Shown in pieces: positions 5,894 to 16,800 of a DNA stretch of 24,205 nt. The notes under the pieces were generated by a model, which worked only from the letters and a program-made list of their open reading frames with translations, searched no databases and was not told where the DNA came from. The stretch comes from a virus (Duplodnaviria > Caudoviricetes). The stretch lies in the IMG/VR virus record IMGVR_UViG_3300032326_000082, positions 1-24,205 of that record. One strand, given 5' to 3'. A program made the position numbers and the translations under genes. Positions within the stretch are counted from its first letter, which is position 1, and each line of letters begins with the position of its first letter.

Positions 5894-8350
5894 ATGCCAT
5901 CTTTTGATCTTGCTGGTGCTGCCACCACTGCTTCTAAAACAGTTAATAAAGTTCTATCAGATACAGGTGTTGCTAAAGGGCTGTCAGCCGCCAGTAACAG
6001 TATTACCAGTGCTGCAAATGCTATCAAATCAGGGCTAAGTGTCAACATAAGTAACATCACATCTAGTCTGCCAGGGGTTGCTGAATTAGAAAACGCAATC
6101 CAGCAGGCTAAAAGCAATGTAAACAAACTTGGTAACCTTGCTGAAAACGCAACTAAAGCTGTAACACAAGTGGCATTAGAAGCCAAACCACCGTTTCCTA
6201 ACATACTTCATCAATATGCTAGTTACAATTATATTTTTACATTAAGTGTACTCGATGACGCCAGCTTAAATTTCCCAAATGAAACGTATCGTAAAGGTAT
6301 GCTGGGTCCTATTATTTTAAAAAGTGCCAACGGTAATCCATCAGATAGAGTCCCTACTGCAAACAAAACAAAGTCCAACCCGGACGGCAGTTTTGATTAT
6401 TATATTGAAGATGTACAAATTAATAGTTCTGTAGGCTTTGATAAAAGTACTGGTAACACCAATGCTACAGGACTTAAATTTAAATTAATTGAACCTTATA
6501 GTATGGGAATGTTTTTTCAAACATTACAAATTGCCGCAAAAAATGTAGGCCACACAAATTATTTAGAAATGCCGTTATTGTTAAGTGTAGAATTTAAAGG
6601 CCACATCGACGCTGATTTACAAAACGTACAAATAGATAAAACAACAAAATATTTTCCTATTAAACTGTATAAGTTTTCTATGAGAGCGACTGGCAAGGGC
6701 GCTGAGTATGATATTTCTGCCTACCCAGTTAACGAAAAAGCATACAGTAAAGTTTATTCTGAGCTAAAAACAGATGTTGCTATAGCAGGAAAAAATGTAG
6801 GAGAAATGCTACAAACTGGTGAAAAAAGTTTACAGGCAGTTTTAAATACACGTTTACAAGAAGCAGTTAAACGTAAAGACGTTGTTATCGCTGATCAGAT
6901 ATTGATCAGTTTTCCTAAAGATTTAAAAACAGGTGATGCTAACCCTCCCAACAAAGATTCTTCTAGCAGTGCAGGAGCAACTGTAAATCCTAATAGTTCA
7001 TCTGGCAGCGGCTTGGATTTGTTTAAAAAATTAGGAGTTAAAACTAGTAGCATTAACAAAACGCAAGTACAAGACGAATCTGAAATAAATGACATTGGTA
7101 AAAGCACCATGGGATTTAACTTATATAATAAAGGATCTACTCCTTTTGCTAAAGATAATCTTGCTTTCGATGAAAAAACAGGTACTTATAAACGCGGCGC
7201 TATTTCTATCAATCCTGAATCTAGTGAATTTAAATTTACTCAAGGCAGTGACATTGTCAATGCTATTAATCAAGTAATCTTGATGAGCGAATATGGAAGA
7301 ACTGCTCTAAGTCAAATAACTCCAGAAGGTACAGTACAGTGGTGGAGAGTTGAAACTCATTTATACTATATCCCTTCAGATGAAAACATAAAGAAAACAG
7401 GTGTTAAACCTAAATTAGTTGTGTATAGAGTTGTGCCTTATGCTGCCTCCGCTAGTTCATTTTTACCTCCTAATACTCCAAATCCTGGAACAGAAAAAGC
7501 CAAAGAACAAGTGATTAAAGAATACAATTATATCTACACAGGTAAAAATTTAGATGTAATGGATTTTGATATAGAATTTAATGCCAGCTTTTTTACACAG
7601 ATGAGCGCTGATGCTGGAAAGAACAGCGGAGACAAAGAACAAAAAGCCAACGCAGGCGCCGGAGTAGAAGGTGACCCTGACAACAAAACTCCGGACGGTG
7701 AAAAACCTAAACAAGGTCAAATTCCTACTACAGTATTAAAAGATGGAATCATGACCTTGACGGGCGGCAAAGGTGGCGGCGGATTAGACGACAATGCCAG
7801 TATTGCAGCAAGACAATTTCACGACAGTATTACTAGTAATACTAGTATGGTTAATTTAAATTTAACAATACTAGGAGATCCATATTACTTGGGCGATAGT
7901 GGCATGGGAAATTACAGTGCTGTGGCAACTGACAATAAATTTATCAACGCCGACGGCGCAATGAATTATCAAAGCGGCAGAGTATTAATTAATGTTAATT
8001 TTAGAACTCCAATCGATATCAATTTAGAAGATGGTGTATATGATTTTAGTACAACTGCCGGAGTCCCACAATTTAGCGGCCTTTATCTGGTTACATTGGT
8101 TACATCTAACTTTAGAAGAGGCAAATTTACACAAACGTTGAAACTAAACAGATTGCCTAATCAGGAAGTTAAGAGTACTAAACCGCCACAAACCGCAACG
8201 ACCCCAACAGAAAATGAATACACTGATCCAGATGCTGAAACTACTCAAGCAGAATTAGAAGCGTGGGCCGCAGAGGGCCCGCAGTCAGCTCCAATAACAG
8301 ACGATGAAATAGCAGCCAACAACGCATCATTAGGCGACTTCGCAGGATAA
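5894..8350 (+). CDS. Baseplate hub protein (gp27/gpD-like, inferred)
   Basis: 818 aa between gp53 and the spike. C-terminal LTILGDPYYL and FSGLYLVTLVTSNFRRGKFTQTLKL match hub-protein C-terminal motifs. Confidence 0.65.
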   Translation: MPSFDLAGAATTASKTVNKVLSDTGVAKGLSAASNSITSAANAIKSGLSVNISNITSSLPGVAELENAIQQAKSNVNKLGNLAENATKAVTQVALEAKPPFPNILHQYASYNYIFTLSVLDDASLNFPNETYRKGMLGPIILKSANGNPSDRVPTANKTKSNPDGSFDYYIEDVQINSSVGFDKSTGNTNATGLKFKLIEPYSMGMFFQTLQIAAKNVGHTNYLEMPLLLSVEFKGHIDADLQNVQIDKTTKYFPIKLYKFSMRATGKGAEYDISAYPVNEKAYSKVYSELKTDVAIAGKNVGEMLQTGEKSLQAVLNTRLQEAVKRKDVVIADQILISFPKDLKTGDANPPNKDSSSSAGATVNPNSSSGSGLDLFKKLGVKTSSINKTQVQDESEINDIGKSTMGFNLYNKGSTPFAKDNLAFDEKTGTYKRGAISINPESSEFKFTQGSDIVNAINQVILMSEYGRTALSQITPEGTVQWWRVETHLYYIPSDENIKKTGVKPKLVVYRVVPYAASASSFLPPNTPNPGTEKAKEQVIKEYNYIYTGKNLDVMDFDIEFNASFFTQMSADAGKNSGDKEQKANAGAGVEGDPDNKTPDGEKPKQGQIPTTVLKDGIMTLTGGKGGGGLDDNASIAARQFHDSITSNTSMVNLNLTILGDPYYLGDSGMGNYSAVATDNKFINADGAMNYQSGRVLINVNFRTPIDINLEDGVYDFSTTAGVPQFSGLYLVTLVTSNFRRGKFTQTLKLNRLPNQEVKSTKPPQTATTPTENEYTDPDAETTQAELEAWAAEGPQSAPITDDEIAANNASLGDFAG

Positions 8351-8353
8351 TAA

Positions 8354-9922
8354 ATGGCAGAAGATACACGACAACCCACAGGCAGTGCCGAACAGCGCCC
8401 AGGCCCATTCTTAGCAAAAGTTATCAGCCACTTAGATCCTACCTACATGGGTACACTACAAGTACAGCTATTAAGAGAAGTGGGCAACGACGAAGCTAAA
8501 GAAGGTCAACTACATCAAGTAAAATATCTAACTCCGTTTGGCGGACAAACTAATGTAGAGTTTATTACTGAAGAAGATGACTATAATGCCACACAGAAAA
8601 GTTATGGAATGTGGTTTATTCCTCCGGATGTAGGCACTATTGTTATGGTTATCTTTATCGACGGTGACCCACGTAAAGGTTATTGGATAGGATGTGTGCC
8701 TGATGAAAATATGAATTTTCAAGTTCCTGGACATGCCGCTACAAAGTATAATATAGACGGTACATATGAACGTGTACCTGTTGCTGAATATAATAAAAAA
8801 GCAAGAGAAGCAGCCACAGATCCTACTAAAATTCTTAAACCTGCCAGTTTAATGCAGGATATTTTAGATGAACAAGGATTAATAGAAGACGATACTAGAG
8901 GTATTACAACTAGCAGTGCCAGAAGAGAGATACCCAGCATGGTATTTGGTATCAGTACACCAGGTCCTATTGATAAACGTGGCGGCGCCCCTAAAGGCAA
9001 GTTTGGCAAAGACGAACATAAGATTGCTGCTGGATTTATCAGCAGATTAGGCGGCAGTAGCATGGTTATGGATGACGGCGATGATAAATTCCTTCGTCGT
9101 ACTAGTGCTAGCGAAGGACCACCTGATTATGCCGCTGTTGAACAAGACGAAACAGACGGCCTGCCAGAAATTCCACATAATGAATTAATACGATTTAGAA
9201 CTAGAACAGGGCATCAAATCTTGATGCACAACAGTGAAGATTTAATTTACATAGGTAATGCCCGTGGCACGACTTGGATAGAAATGTCCAGCGATGGTAA
9301 AATTGATATCTTTGCCGAAGACAGCATAAGCATTCGTACCAAACAAGATTTTAATTTTTACGCAGATAGAGATTTCAACATTGAAGTTGGTAGAAATTTT
9401 AATTTAAAAGTAGGCGAACGCCATCAAACAGAAATTGGAACAGACAAAATTCTAATTGTTGATTCTAACAATTTTATACAAGTTGGTGGAACACACGACG
9501 AAACCATTGCAGATCAAACTAACATCACTGTGGGAGGCGGATTCGACCTTAACACTAGTGGCGCAAATAAATTAACATCTGGCGGAAATATGGAAATTGC
9601 CGCAGCCAATACTACAATTTCAGGCGGCAATATCAATTTAAATGGCCCAGCTGCTGCCAGCGCTGGTTCTGCTACAGTACCTGAACCATTAACTACGTTT
9701 GCTAATCCCGACGAAACTGAAAGTACAACAGACAGTATTATGTTACGTATTCCAAGCCACGAACCTTGGCCACATCACGAAAATTTAGATCCTGCTAGTT
9801 TTAAACCTGATCTGACAGACAGAGAAGCAGGCAGTGATATTCCTGTACCTGAATATTGGAAAAAATATTCTACAATAACTGACACATTCTCCAAGGAAAT
9901 GCCTCCTGAGAACGAGGAGTAA
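8354..9922 (+). CDS. gp5: Baseplate central spike, gp5/VgrG-like (OB-fold plus beta-helix, no lysozyme domain seen)
   Basis: OB-fold AKVISHLDP..MGTLQV and GMWFIPPDVGTIVMVIF...GYWIG, then RTRTGHQI and roughly 8-residue beta-helix repeats ending GGNINLN. Confidence 0.8.
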   Translation: MAEDTRQPTGSAEQRPGPFLAKVISHLDPTYMGTLQVQLLREVGNDEAKEGQLHQVKYLTPFGGQTNVEFITEEDDYNATQKSYGMWFIPPDVGTIVMVIFIDGDPRKGYWIGCVPDENMNFQVPGHAATKYNIDGTYERVPVAEYNKKAREAATDPTKILKPASLMQDILDEQGLIEDDTRGITTSSARREIPSMVFGISTPGPIDKRGGAPKGKFGKDEHKIAAGFISRLGGSSMVMDDGDDKFLRRTSASEGPPDYAAVEQDETDGLPEIPHNELIRFRTRTGHQILMHNSEDLIYIGNARGTTWIEMSSDGKIDIFAEDSISIRTKQDFNFYADRDFNIEVGRNFNLKVGERHQTEIGTDKILIVDSNNFIQVGGTHDETIADQTNITVGGGFDLNTSGANKLTSGGNMEIAAANTTISGGNINLNGPAAASAGSATVPEPLTTFANPDETESTTDSIMLRIPSHEPWPHHENLDPASFKPDLTDREAGSDIPVPEYWKKYSTITDTFSKEMPPENEE

Positions 9923-9925
9923 ATA
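9920..9925 (+). promoter_or_regulatory. Putative late promoter TAAATA before gp25
   Basis: GTAAATA overlapping the spike stop codon, 5 nt before ATG 9931. Confidence 0.45.
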
Positions 9926-9930
9926 CTACT

Positions 9931-10374
9931 ATGACAGCCAATCAGAAATTATTTAATAAGGTAGTACTCAAAGGCCCTGCTGGTAGAGCAAACGTGCCAG
10001 GATCTAAAACTTACAAAGGTTTTAGCAGTGTCAGTGGTGATAGCAAGAGCTACAGTCTGTATGATCTAGCCTTAATTAAACAAGATATTATCAACCACTT
10101 TCATATTCGCCAAGGCGAACGATTGGAAAATCCAACATTTGGCACCATTATATGGGATGTGCTTTTTGAACCGTTGACAGAAGATTTAAAACAACTAATT
10201 GTAAAAAACGTTGAACAGATTATCAACTACGATCCCCGCGTTAATGCCAACAGTGTAATTGTTACAACCTATGAGAGTGGGTTACAAATAGAGTGTACAC
10301 TGACTTATCTTCCTTATAACATACAAGAATCTCTACAGTTTAAATTTGACCAAGCAAATGGGTTAGTCGGCTAA
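9931..10374 (+). CDS. gp25: Baseplate wedge subunit, gp25-like
   Basis: YKGFS, IKQDIINHFHIRQGERLENPTFGTIIWDVLFEP and IINYDPRV match the GPW/gp25 family. Confidence 0.92.
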   Translation: MTANQKLFNKVVLKGPAGRANVPGSKTYKGFSSVSGDSKSYSLYDLALIKQDIINHFHIRQGERLENPTFGTIIWDVLFEPLTEDLKQLIVKNVEQIINYDPRVNANSVIVTTYESGLQIECTLTYLPYNIQESLQFKFDQANGLVG

Positions 10375-10398
10375 TTAAACTAGCACATAATAAAACCG

Positions 10399-10405
10399 AT
10401 AAATA
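10399..10405 (+). promoter_or_regulatory. Putative late promoter ATAAATA before gp6
   Basis: Lies in the 51-bp gp25-gp6 gap, 20 nt before ATG 10426, the same spacing as the box before 4583. Confidence 0.6.
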
Positions 10406-10425
10406 TCTGTATATGGGAAGCAGAT

Positions 10426-13400
10426 ATGTCAGCAACAGATAGACAAAATAGATTACTAGTAGCAGAAGACTGGAAACGTATATACCAGAGCTTCCGTAAT
10501 GCCGATTTCCAAAGCTACGACTTTGAAAATCTACGCCGCGTGATGATTAGTTATATCCGCGAAAATTATCCAGAAGATTTTAACGATTACATTGAGTCTA
10601 GCGAATACCTTGCCCTAATTGACATGATTGCGTTCTTGGGCCAAAGCATAGCTTTCCGTGTTGACTTAAATGCCCGTGAAAACTTCTTAGAGCTAGCAGA
10701 ACGACGCGAAAGTGTGTTGCGTCTGGCACGGTTGTTAAGCTATAAAACAAAACGTAATATTGCTGCATCAGGCTTGTTAAAATTTAATACCGTAAGCACT
10801 ACTCAATCAGTATTTGATAGCAACGGAAGAAACTTGGCCAATCAGGTTGTTGCGTGGAATGATCCAGCTAATTCTAATTGGTACGATCAGTTTATTAAAA
10901 TTATCAACGCAGCTTTGCCAGCAACTAGACAGTATGGAAATCCTGACGCAAAACAAGAAATTTACGGTATTCCTACAGAACAATATAGATTTCAAACAGT
11001 AAACACTTCTATCCCAGTATACTCTTTTACAAAGGCAGTAGACGGCCGCAGCATGAATTTTGAAATTGTAAGTACAACATTTGCGGGTAGAACTGAAATA
11101 TATGAAGAACCGCCTAGCATAGGAAACAGCTTGGCATTCTTGTACAGAGACAGCGGCCGAGGCAACGGCAGTAGCAATACAGGATTCTTTTTAAGATTTA
11201 CACAAGGTACATTGAACCAAGGTAGTTTTACACTTAGCCAGCCAGCAACAGATGAATCAGTTGACCTTGACGCAGTTAATATCAACAACAGTGATGTTTG
11301 GTTGTACAGACTAGACAACAACGGAGTTGAAAGCGAGTACTGGGCACAAGTTCCTAGCTTCGAAGGTAATAATGTTATCTATAACAGTCTTAACAAAAGC
11401 ATTAGAAACATATATGGTGTAGTAACCAGAGCCAGTGATAGAGTTAGCTTGGTGTTCAGTGACGGTGTGTTTGGTAATTTGCCACAAGGTTCATTTAGAA
11501 CCTATTACAGAACCAGTAACGGATTGAACTATACTATTAATCCTAGAGACATTAAAAATGTCAGCATAGATATTCCTTATATTAGTCATGTTGGACAAGT
11601 TGAAACATTGAGTGTAACATTAAGTTTACAATCAAGTGTAGCTAATAGCTCCCCTACAGAAACAAATGACAGTATTAAGTCCAATGCTCCTGCTACGTAC
11701 TATACACAAAATAGAATGATTACAGGAGAAGATTATAATATTAGTCCTCTAAGTGTTAATCAGCAAGTTGTAAAAGTAAAAGCAGTTAACCGCAGCTCCA
11801 GCGGTATTAGTCGTTATTTTGACCTAGTGGATCCAACAGGCAAATACAGCAAAACTAATTTGTTTGCGGATGATGGTTTAATTTATAAACAAGAATACTC
11901 CGACAGCTTTAGATTCAAATACGCTACTAGAACAGATATCGAAGCAATTCTTTATAACGAATTAGCAGATGTTTTAAAATCATCTAATCTTAAAAATTTT
12001 TATTACGATAATTTTGAAAAAGTTCCTGTAAGTTTATTAGAAGTTAGATGGTACAATAGAACAGTAGATGTAAATCAAAGTACTGGTTACATTGAAGATG
12101 TTGTATCAGGCACAAAGCAAAAAGTTTCCTCTTATACAAGTACCTTGTTAAGATTTTTTACAGTGGGCGCCCTGATAAAATTTACAGCACCTTCTGGTTA
12201 TTATTTTGATAGAACAAAAAACAACGAGCTAGTGTTGGGCTCAGCCACAGTATTAAATTCTGCTACATCTATTTGGACAAAAGCAGTATCGATAGCAGGT
12301 GACGGAACAGCCAACGGCACTGGACTACTGTTTGATAAGTCAGGTCCTATTGTGTTAAATGATATCATCCCGGATACTGCAGTATTATCCGAAATCATTC
12401 CTGCTTGGAGAACTAGCATAGAATCCAGTACTATAACTGCCATGGTAGATTTAGTGTTTGGAAATAAAAAATTCGGTCTTCGATACGACATCGAAACAAG
12501 ATTATGGAAGATTATTACAGAGACTAATCTTAACACCAGCGAAGTTTTTAGCCTTGGTAGACAAGGCGATGTCACTAATTCTAAAGCAGATAGCAGTTGG
12601 CTAATACTATTCACGACAGACACAGAATTCTATACAGTGACTAGTAGATTAACACGTTATGTGTTTGAAAGTGCTCAGCAGGTAAGATTCTTCTTTGACT
12701 CAAGCGATAAAATTTACGATACTCGCAATAATACAGTTGTTAAAGATGTAATTAAAGTTTTGAATATTAACACAGACCCTTCATCTCCAGGCAGCACAAC
12801 TCCATTCACTTATGATAGAGATTGGGAAATTACTGAGGAGTTTCGAGGCTTAGATGGTTATGTCGATACTAAAAAAATTCAAGTTACCTTCAACGACAGT
12901 GACGATGATGGTGTAGTTGATGACCCTACCTTGTTTGATCAATTGGTGGCACCCAGTGTGCTACCATTAACAAAATACATTGTCTTGGAAAAATATTTTG
13001 TAACTCAAGGTCAAGAAGATTATCGTTATATCTCTAACGACAGCGATATTGTTGTTATTGTTAATACACAAAATGATATAGTAATTTCTCAATACCAAGA
13101 CGGACAATATTTTTATATTGTAGATATCAACACCGTTAAACGATATGACAAAATCGCATCTGATTTTATTCCTACTCTTGACTATAAAGTTTTTGTAGGC
13201 AGAGACAAAATTAAATTTCAGTATATACATAACGCTGATTACGAAGCAAGAATCGATCCAGGATTAACGAATCTTATCGATGTAGTGGTACTAACTAAAC
13301 AGTATGATATCGATTATCGTCAATGGCTATCTGGCGCAGGCACTACGGAACCTTTGCCTCCTAGCAGCGATTTCTTGTACAATTTGTTAAGTCCTGAACT

Positions 13401-13881
13401 TAATAAGATTAAATCTATTAGCGACGAAATTGTATACCATCCTTCAAAGTACAAAGTTCTTTTTGGATCTAAAGCTACTTCAGATTTACAAGCAACATTT
13501 AAAGTTGTAAAAAATTCTGAAATAGTAATTAGTGATAACGATATTAAAACTAGAGTGCTAGTGGCAATATTAGAATTCTTTGCCTTAGAAAATTGGGAAT
13601 TTGGAGATAATTTCTATTTTAGTGAATTATCAACTTATGTCATGAACAAAGTGGCACCGTATATTGTAAATTTTGTTATCGTGCCTAAACAAAGCACTTT
13701 AAGTTTCGGAGGGTTGTATGAAATCCGCAGCGAAAAAGATCAAATTTTTATTAACGGCGCCGGTATAGATGATATTGAAATTATCTCTACAATAACCGCA
13801 AGCAACATTAAGAGTGCTGTGATTCAAGTGAATCAAACAGCAGTAAGTCAACAATCAATAACAAGTTCAGGGAGTAACTGA
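10426..13881 (+). CDS. gp6: Baseplate wedge subunit, gp6-like (enlarged, 1151 aa)
   Basis: YDFENLR..MISYIR..YPEDFNDY, ENFLELAERRESVLRLARLLSY, FSDGVFGNLP and ETNDSIKSNAP..YYTQNRMITGEDY are gp6/baseplate-J motifs. Follows gp25. Confidence 0.9.
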   Translation: MSATDRQNRLLVAEDWKRIYQSFRNADFQSYDFENLRRVMISYIRENYPEDFNDYIESSEYLALIDMIAFLGQSIAFRVDLNARENFLELAERRESVLRLARLLSYKTKRNIAASGLLKFNTVSTTQSVFDSNGRNLANQVVAWNDPANSNWYDQFIKIINAALPATRQYGNPDAKQEIYGIPTEQYRFQTVNTSIPVYSFTKAVDGRSMNFEIVSTTFAGRTEIYEEPPSIGNSLAFLYRDSGRGNGSSNTGFFLRFTQGTLNQGSFTLSQPATDESVDLDAVNINNSDVWLYRLDNNGVESEYWAQVPSFEGNNVIYNSLNKSIRNIYGVVTRASDRVSLVFSDGVFGNLPQGSFRTYYRTSNGLNYTINPRDIKNVSIDIPYISHVGQVETLSVTLSLQSSVANSSPTETNDSIKSNAPATYYTQNRMITGEDYNISPLSVNQQVVKVKAVNRSSSGISRYFDLVDPTGKYSKTNLFADDGLIYKQEYSDSFRFKYATRTDIEAILYNELADVLKSSNLKNFYYDNFEKVPVSLLEVRWYNRTVDVNQSTGYIEDVVSGTKQKVSSYTSTLLRFFTVGALIKFTAPSGYYFDRTKNNELVLGSATVLNSATSIWTKAVSIAGDGTANGTGLLFDKSGPIVLNDIIPDTAVLSEIIPAWRTSIESSTITAMVDLVFGNKKFGLRYDIETRLWKIITETNLNTSEVFSLGRQGDVTNSKADSSWLILFTTDTEFYTVTSRLTRYVFESAQQVRFFFDSSDKIYDTRNNTVVKDVIKVLNINTDPSSPGSTTPFTYDRDWEITEEFRGLDGYVDTKKIQVTFNDSDDDGVVDDPTLFDQLVAPSVLPLTKYIVLEKYFVTQGQEDYRYISNDSDIVVIVNTQNDIVISQYQDGQYFYIVDINTVKRYDKIASDFIPTLDYKVFVGRDKIKFQYIHNADYEARIDPGLTNLIDVVVLTKQYDIDYRQWLSGAGTTEPLPPSSDFLYNLLSPELNKIKSISDEIVYHPSKYKVLFGSKATSDLQATFKVVKNSEIVISDNDIKTRVLVAILEFFALENWEFGDNFYFSELSTYVMNKVAPYIVNFVIVPKQSTLSFGGLYEIRSEKDQIFINGAGIDDIEIISTITASNIKSAVIQVNQTAVSQQSITSSGSN

Positions 13882-16800
13882 TGGCCTATAACAACGACCA
13901 AAACGAGCCAAAAGTACCTATTTCAAATGTAGGAAAGCGTTCGAGCGCTGACCTATTACCAAGATTTTATAGAACATCTGGTAACAAGAAGTTTTTACAA
14001 GCAACGGTAGATCAATTAATTCAACCTGGAACAGTTAAAAAACTTAACGGATATGTCGGAAGACAAACAGCCAAGGCTGTTGTGAGTTCAGATACATTTT
14101 TGGAAGCTGCTGATCAAACTAGGCAAAATTATCAACTAGAACCTGCGGCAGTTGTTCAAGACTATCTTGGAAATACTACATTTTTTAAAGACTATATTGA
14201 CCATATCAATCATGTTAGTGTATTCGACGGCGTCGTTGATAATCACAGCAGATTGAATCGTGAGGAATTCTATAGCTGGAATCCAAACATTTGTTGGGAC
14301 AAATTTGTAAATTACCAACAATACTATTGGCTTCCTTTCGGTCCTCGCTCTATTGAAGTATTAGGTAATGAATTAGAAATTATCAGTACGTATTCTGTTA
14401 CTGGCGTAGACGAAACTGATAACGTTGCTTATTTGTTTAACCCCGAAGGTCCGTTAGAAGGATTAATTAGAAATCCTAAAATACGACTATTTAGAGGTCA
14501 AACTTATATTTTTGATGTCGACGCCGCCGGTCATCCGTTTAGTATTAAGACTCAGCGCACTGCAGGCGACCTTTATAGATACACAAAAGGAGTCGATGCC
14601 TTTGCTGTTGAAAAAGGTAAAATTACTTTTACCGTTCCAGTGGATGCGCCTGATGTATTATTTTATGTAAGTGAAAACGCAGTTGATACTGGCGGAGTAT
14701 TTCACGTATTGGACATTACTGAAAATACTGCAATTAATCTAACAACCGATTTTCTTGGAAAAAAAGAATACATTATTCCTAACGGCACAGCAGAAGGCCT
14801 ACGAATTAGTAACGGTATGAAATTAAGTTTCGGAGGACAAGTAACTCCGGAAGAATATGCCAATGATTTTTGGTATGTAGAAGGTGTTGGTACAGCCATA
14901 CGATTAGTTAAGGATAAAGATTTAGAAGTTAGAACATCGTTTAACGAAGAAACTAGTATCTTATTCGACGACGAGCCTTTTGATCAGTTGCCGTTCGGCG
15001 ATGCTAGTACATTACCTAGCAATAAAGATTATATCACAATTAATAGATCTAGCCCTGATAAAAATCCATGGAGCAGATATAATAGATGGTTCCATCAAGA
15101 TGTTATCAATGCCAGTGCCACAGCCAACGGTGTTCAGGCAGACTTGGATCAAACACAAAGAGCAATCCGTCCTATCATTGAATTCAATGCAGGTATTAAA
15201 TTACATAATCACGGTATCAGCTCTAAACAAAATATTGATGTAATTGATAATTTTACAAAAGATGTGTTTAGTACTATCGAAGGCAGTTTAGGTTATAACG
15301 TAGACGGCATTGATCTTGCTGATGGCATGCGAGTAATTTTTACAAAAGATACCGATATACTTGTTAGAAACAAAGTATACCGAGTAAACTTTATCAACGT
15401 AGTTGTTCCTAGTCGACAATTATCTTTTAATGGAACTACATCGGTTAATGTTACTGACAATACTTTTACTTTTGCTAGCGAACACGGATTGTCGTCGAGC
15501 AATAGAGTTACTTACTTAAACAATGGTTTTGATACATTGCCTGGATTGACAAACAGACAAGTCTATTATGTAAAAGTTATAGATTCATTTACTATTGAAC
15601 TACATACAAACAATGCGTTAACAAAACAGGTAGACATATTTTCAGTAGTCGATGCTGTTTATAAATTTGAAGTGTTTTCAGGGAGTCGCAGACAAATAAC
15701 ATTGACAGAAGAATCTGATGCCACCGCTGTATTATATGAATCGGTAACAGTAAATTATGGTATCCAGGAAATACTCACAGCTAGTATAAGCGGTAATCAA
15801 GGGCAGACCTATTGGTTCACAGGCACTACTTGGAAACTGTCTCAAATAAAAACAAAGGTAAACCAAGCTCCGTTGTTCGATTTATTTGATAACAATCAAA
15901 ATAGTTTTGTTGACAACTCAATCTACGACGGCTCTACTTTCGAAGGTAATAAGATTTTCAGTTATAAAGTAGGCACTGGCACAGTTGACAGTGAGTTAGG
16001 TTTTCCGTTAACTTATCAAAATATTAATAACATAGGTGATATTGTTTTCGAATTTAATTTGTTAACAGACAAATTTGCCTATAAACAGTTAACCAATGTA
16101 TTGTACAAAGACACTTCGACAGGCTATTTAAAAATATCAAAAGATATTGATAGAGCAACTTACGAAAATGGATGGACTACAAGTTTAATCGCAGACTCAC
16201 AGCCTGTAGTTAGAGTATTTAAAGATCATCCTTATAACGGAACAACAGTACCGTTCCCAATCGACGTATTTGACAATAAAGATGATTTAACAGATTTAGA
16301 AGTACGAGTTTATATTGATGGAATTAGATTAGCAAAAGATCAATATACTGTCGTTGATGGTGTAGTTAGAAAACACGTGGTGTTAACTACAGCAGTGACA
16401 ACGGCAGATGTAGTAACACTACGTTGCTTTGCTAAACAAGCAAAGAATTCTAATGGTTATTATGAACTGCCAATTAGTTTACAAAATAATCCGTTAAATC
16501 ATAATGTGGAACAATTTACATTGGGTCAAGTAATTGATCATGTAGGATCTATTGTTGACAATATTACGACGTTTACCGGCACTTATCCAGGATACGGCAA
16601 TCTTAGAGACATAGGCAATCTAAGCCCGTACGGTGTTCGCTTTGTACAGCATAGCGGCCCTATGAATCTTAGTTTATATCACTTAGGATCTAAAAGCGCC
16701 AACATAGTAAAAGCTATAGACATGGCAAGGAATGACTACGGTAAATTTAAACGAGCATTTATAGTTGCTGCAACTGAAAGCGGAATAGATACAGATCCAC

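Noticed and set aside
4583-13881. Bacterial T6SS, eCIS or tailocin locus
   Set aside because: Linked to gp55/gp47/gp46 and late-promoter boxes, with no TssJLM, ClpV or Afp15-type ATPase in view; a phage tail module fits better.
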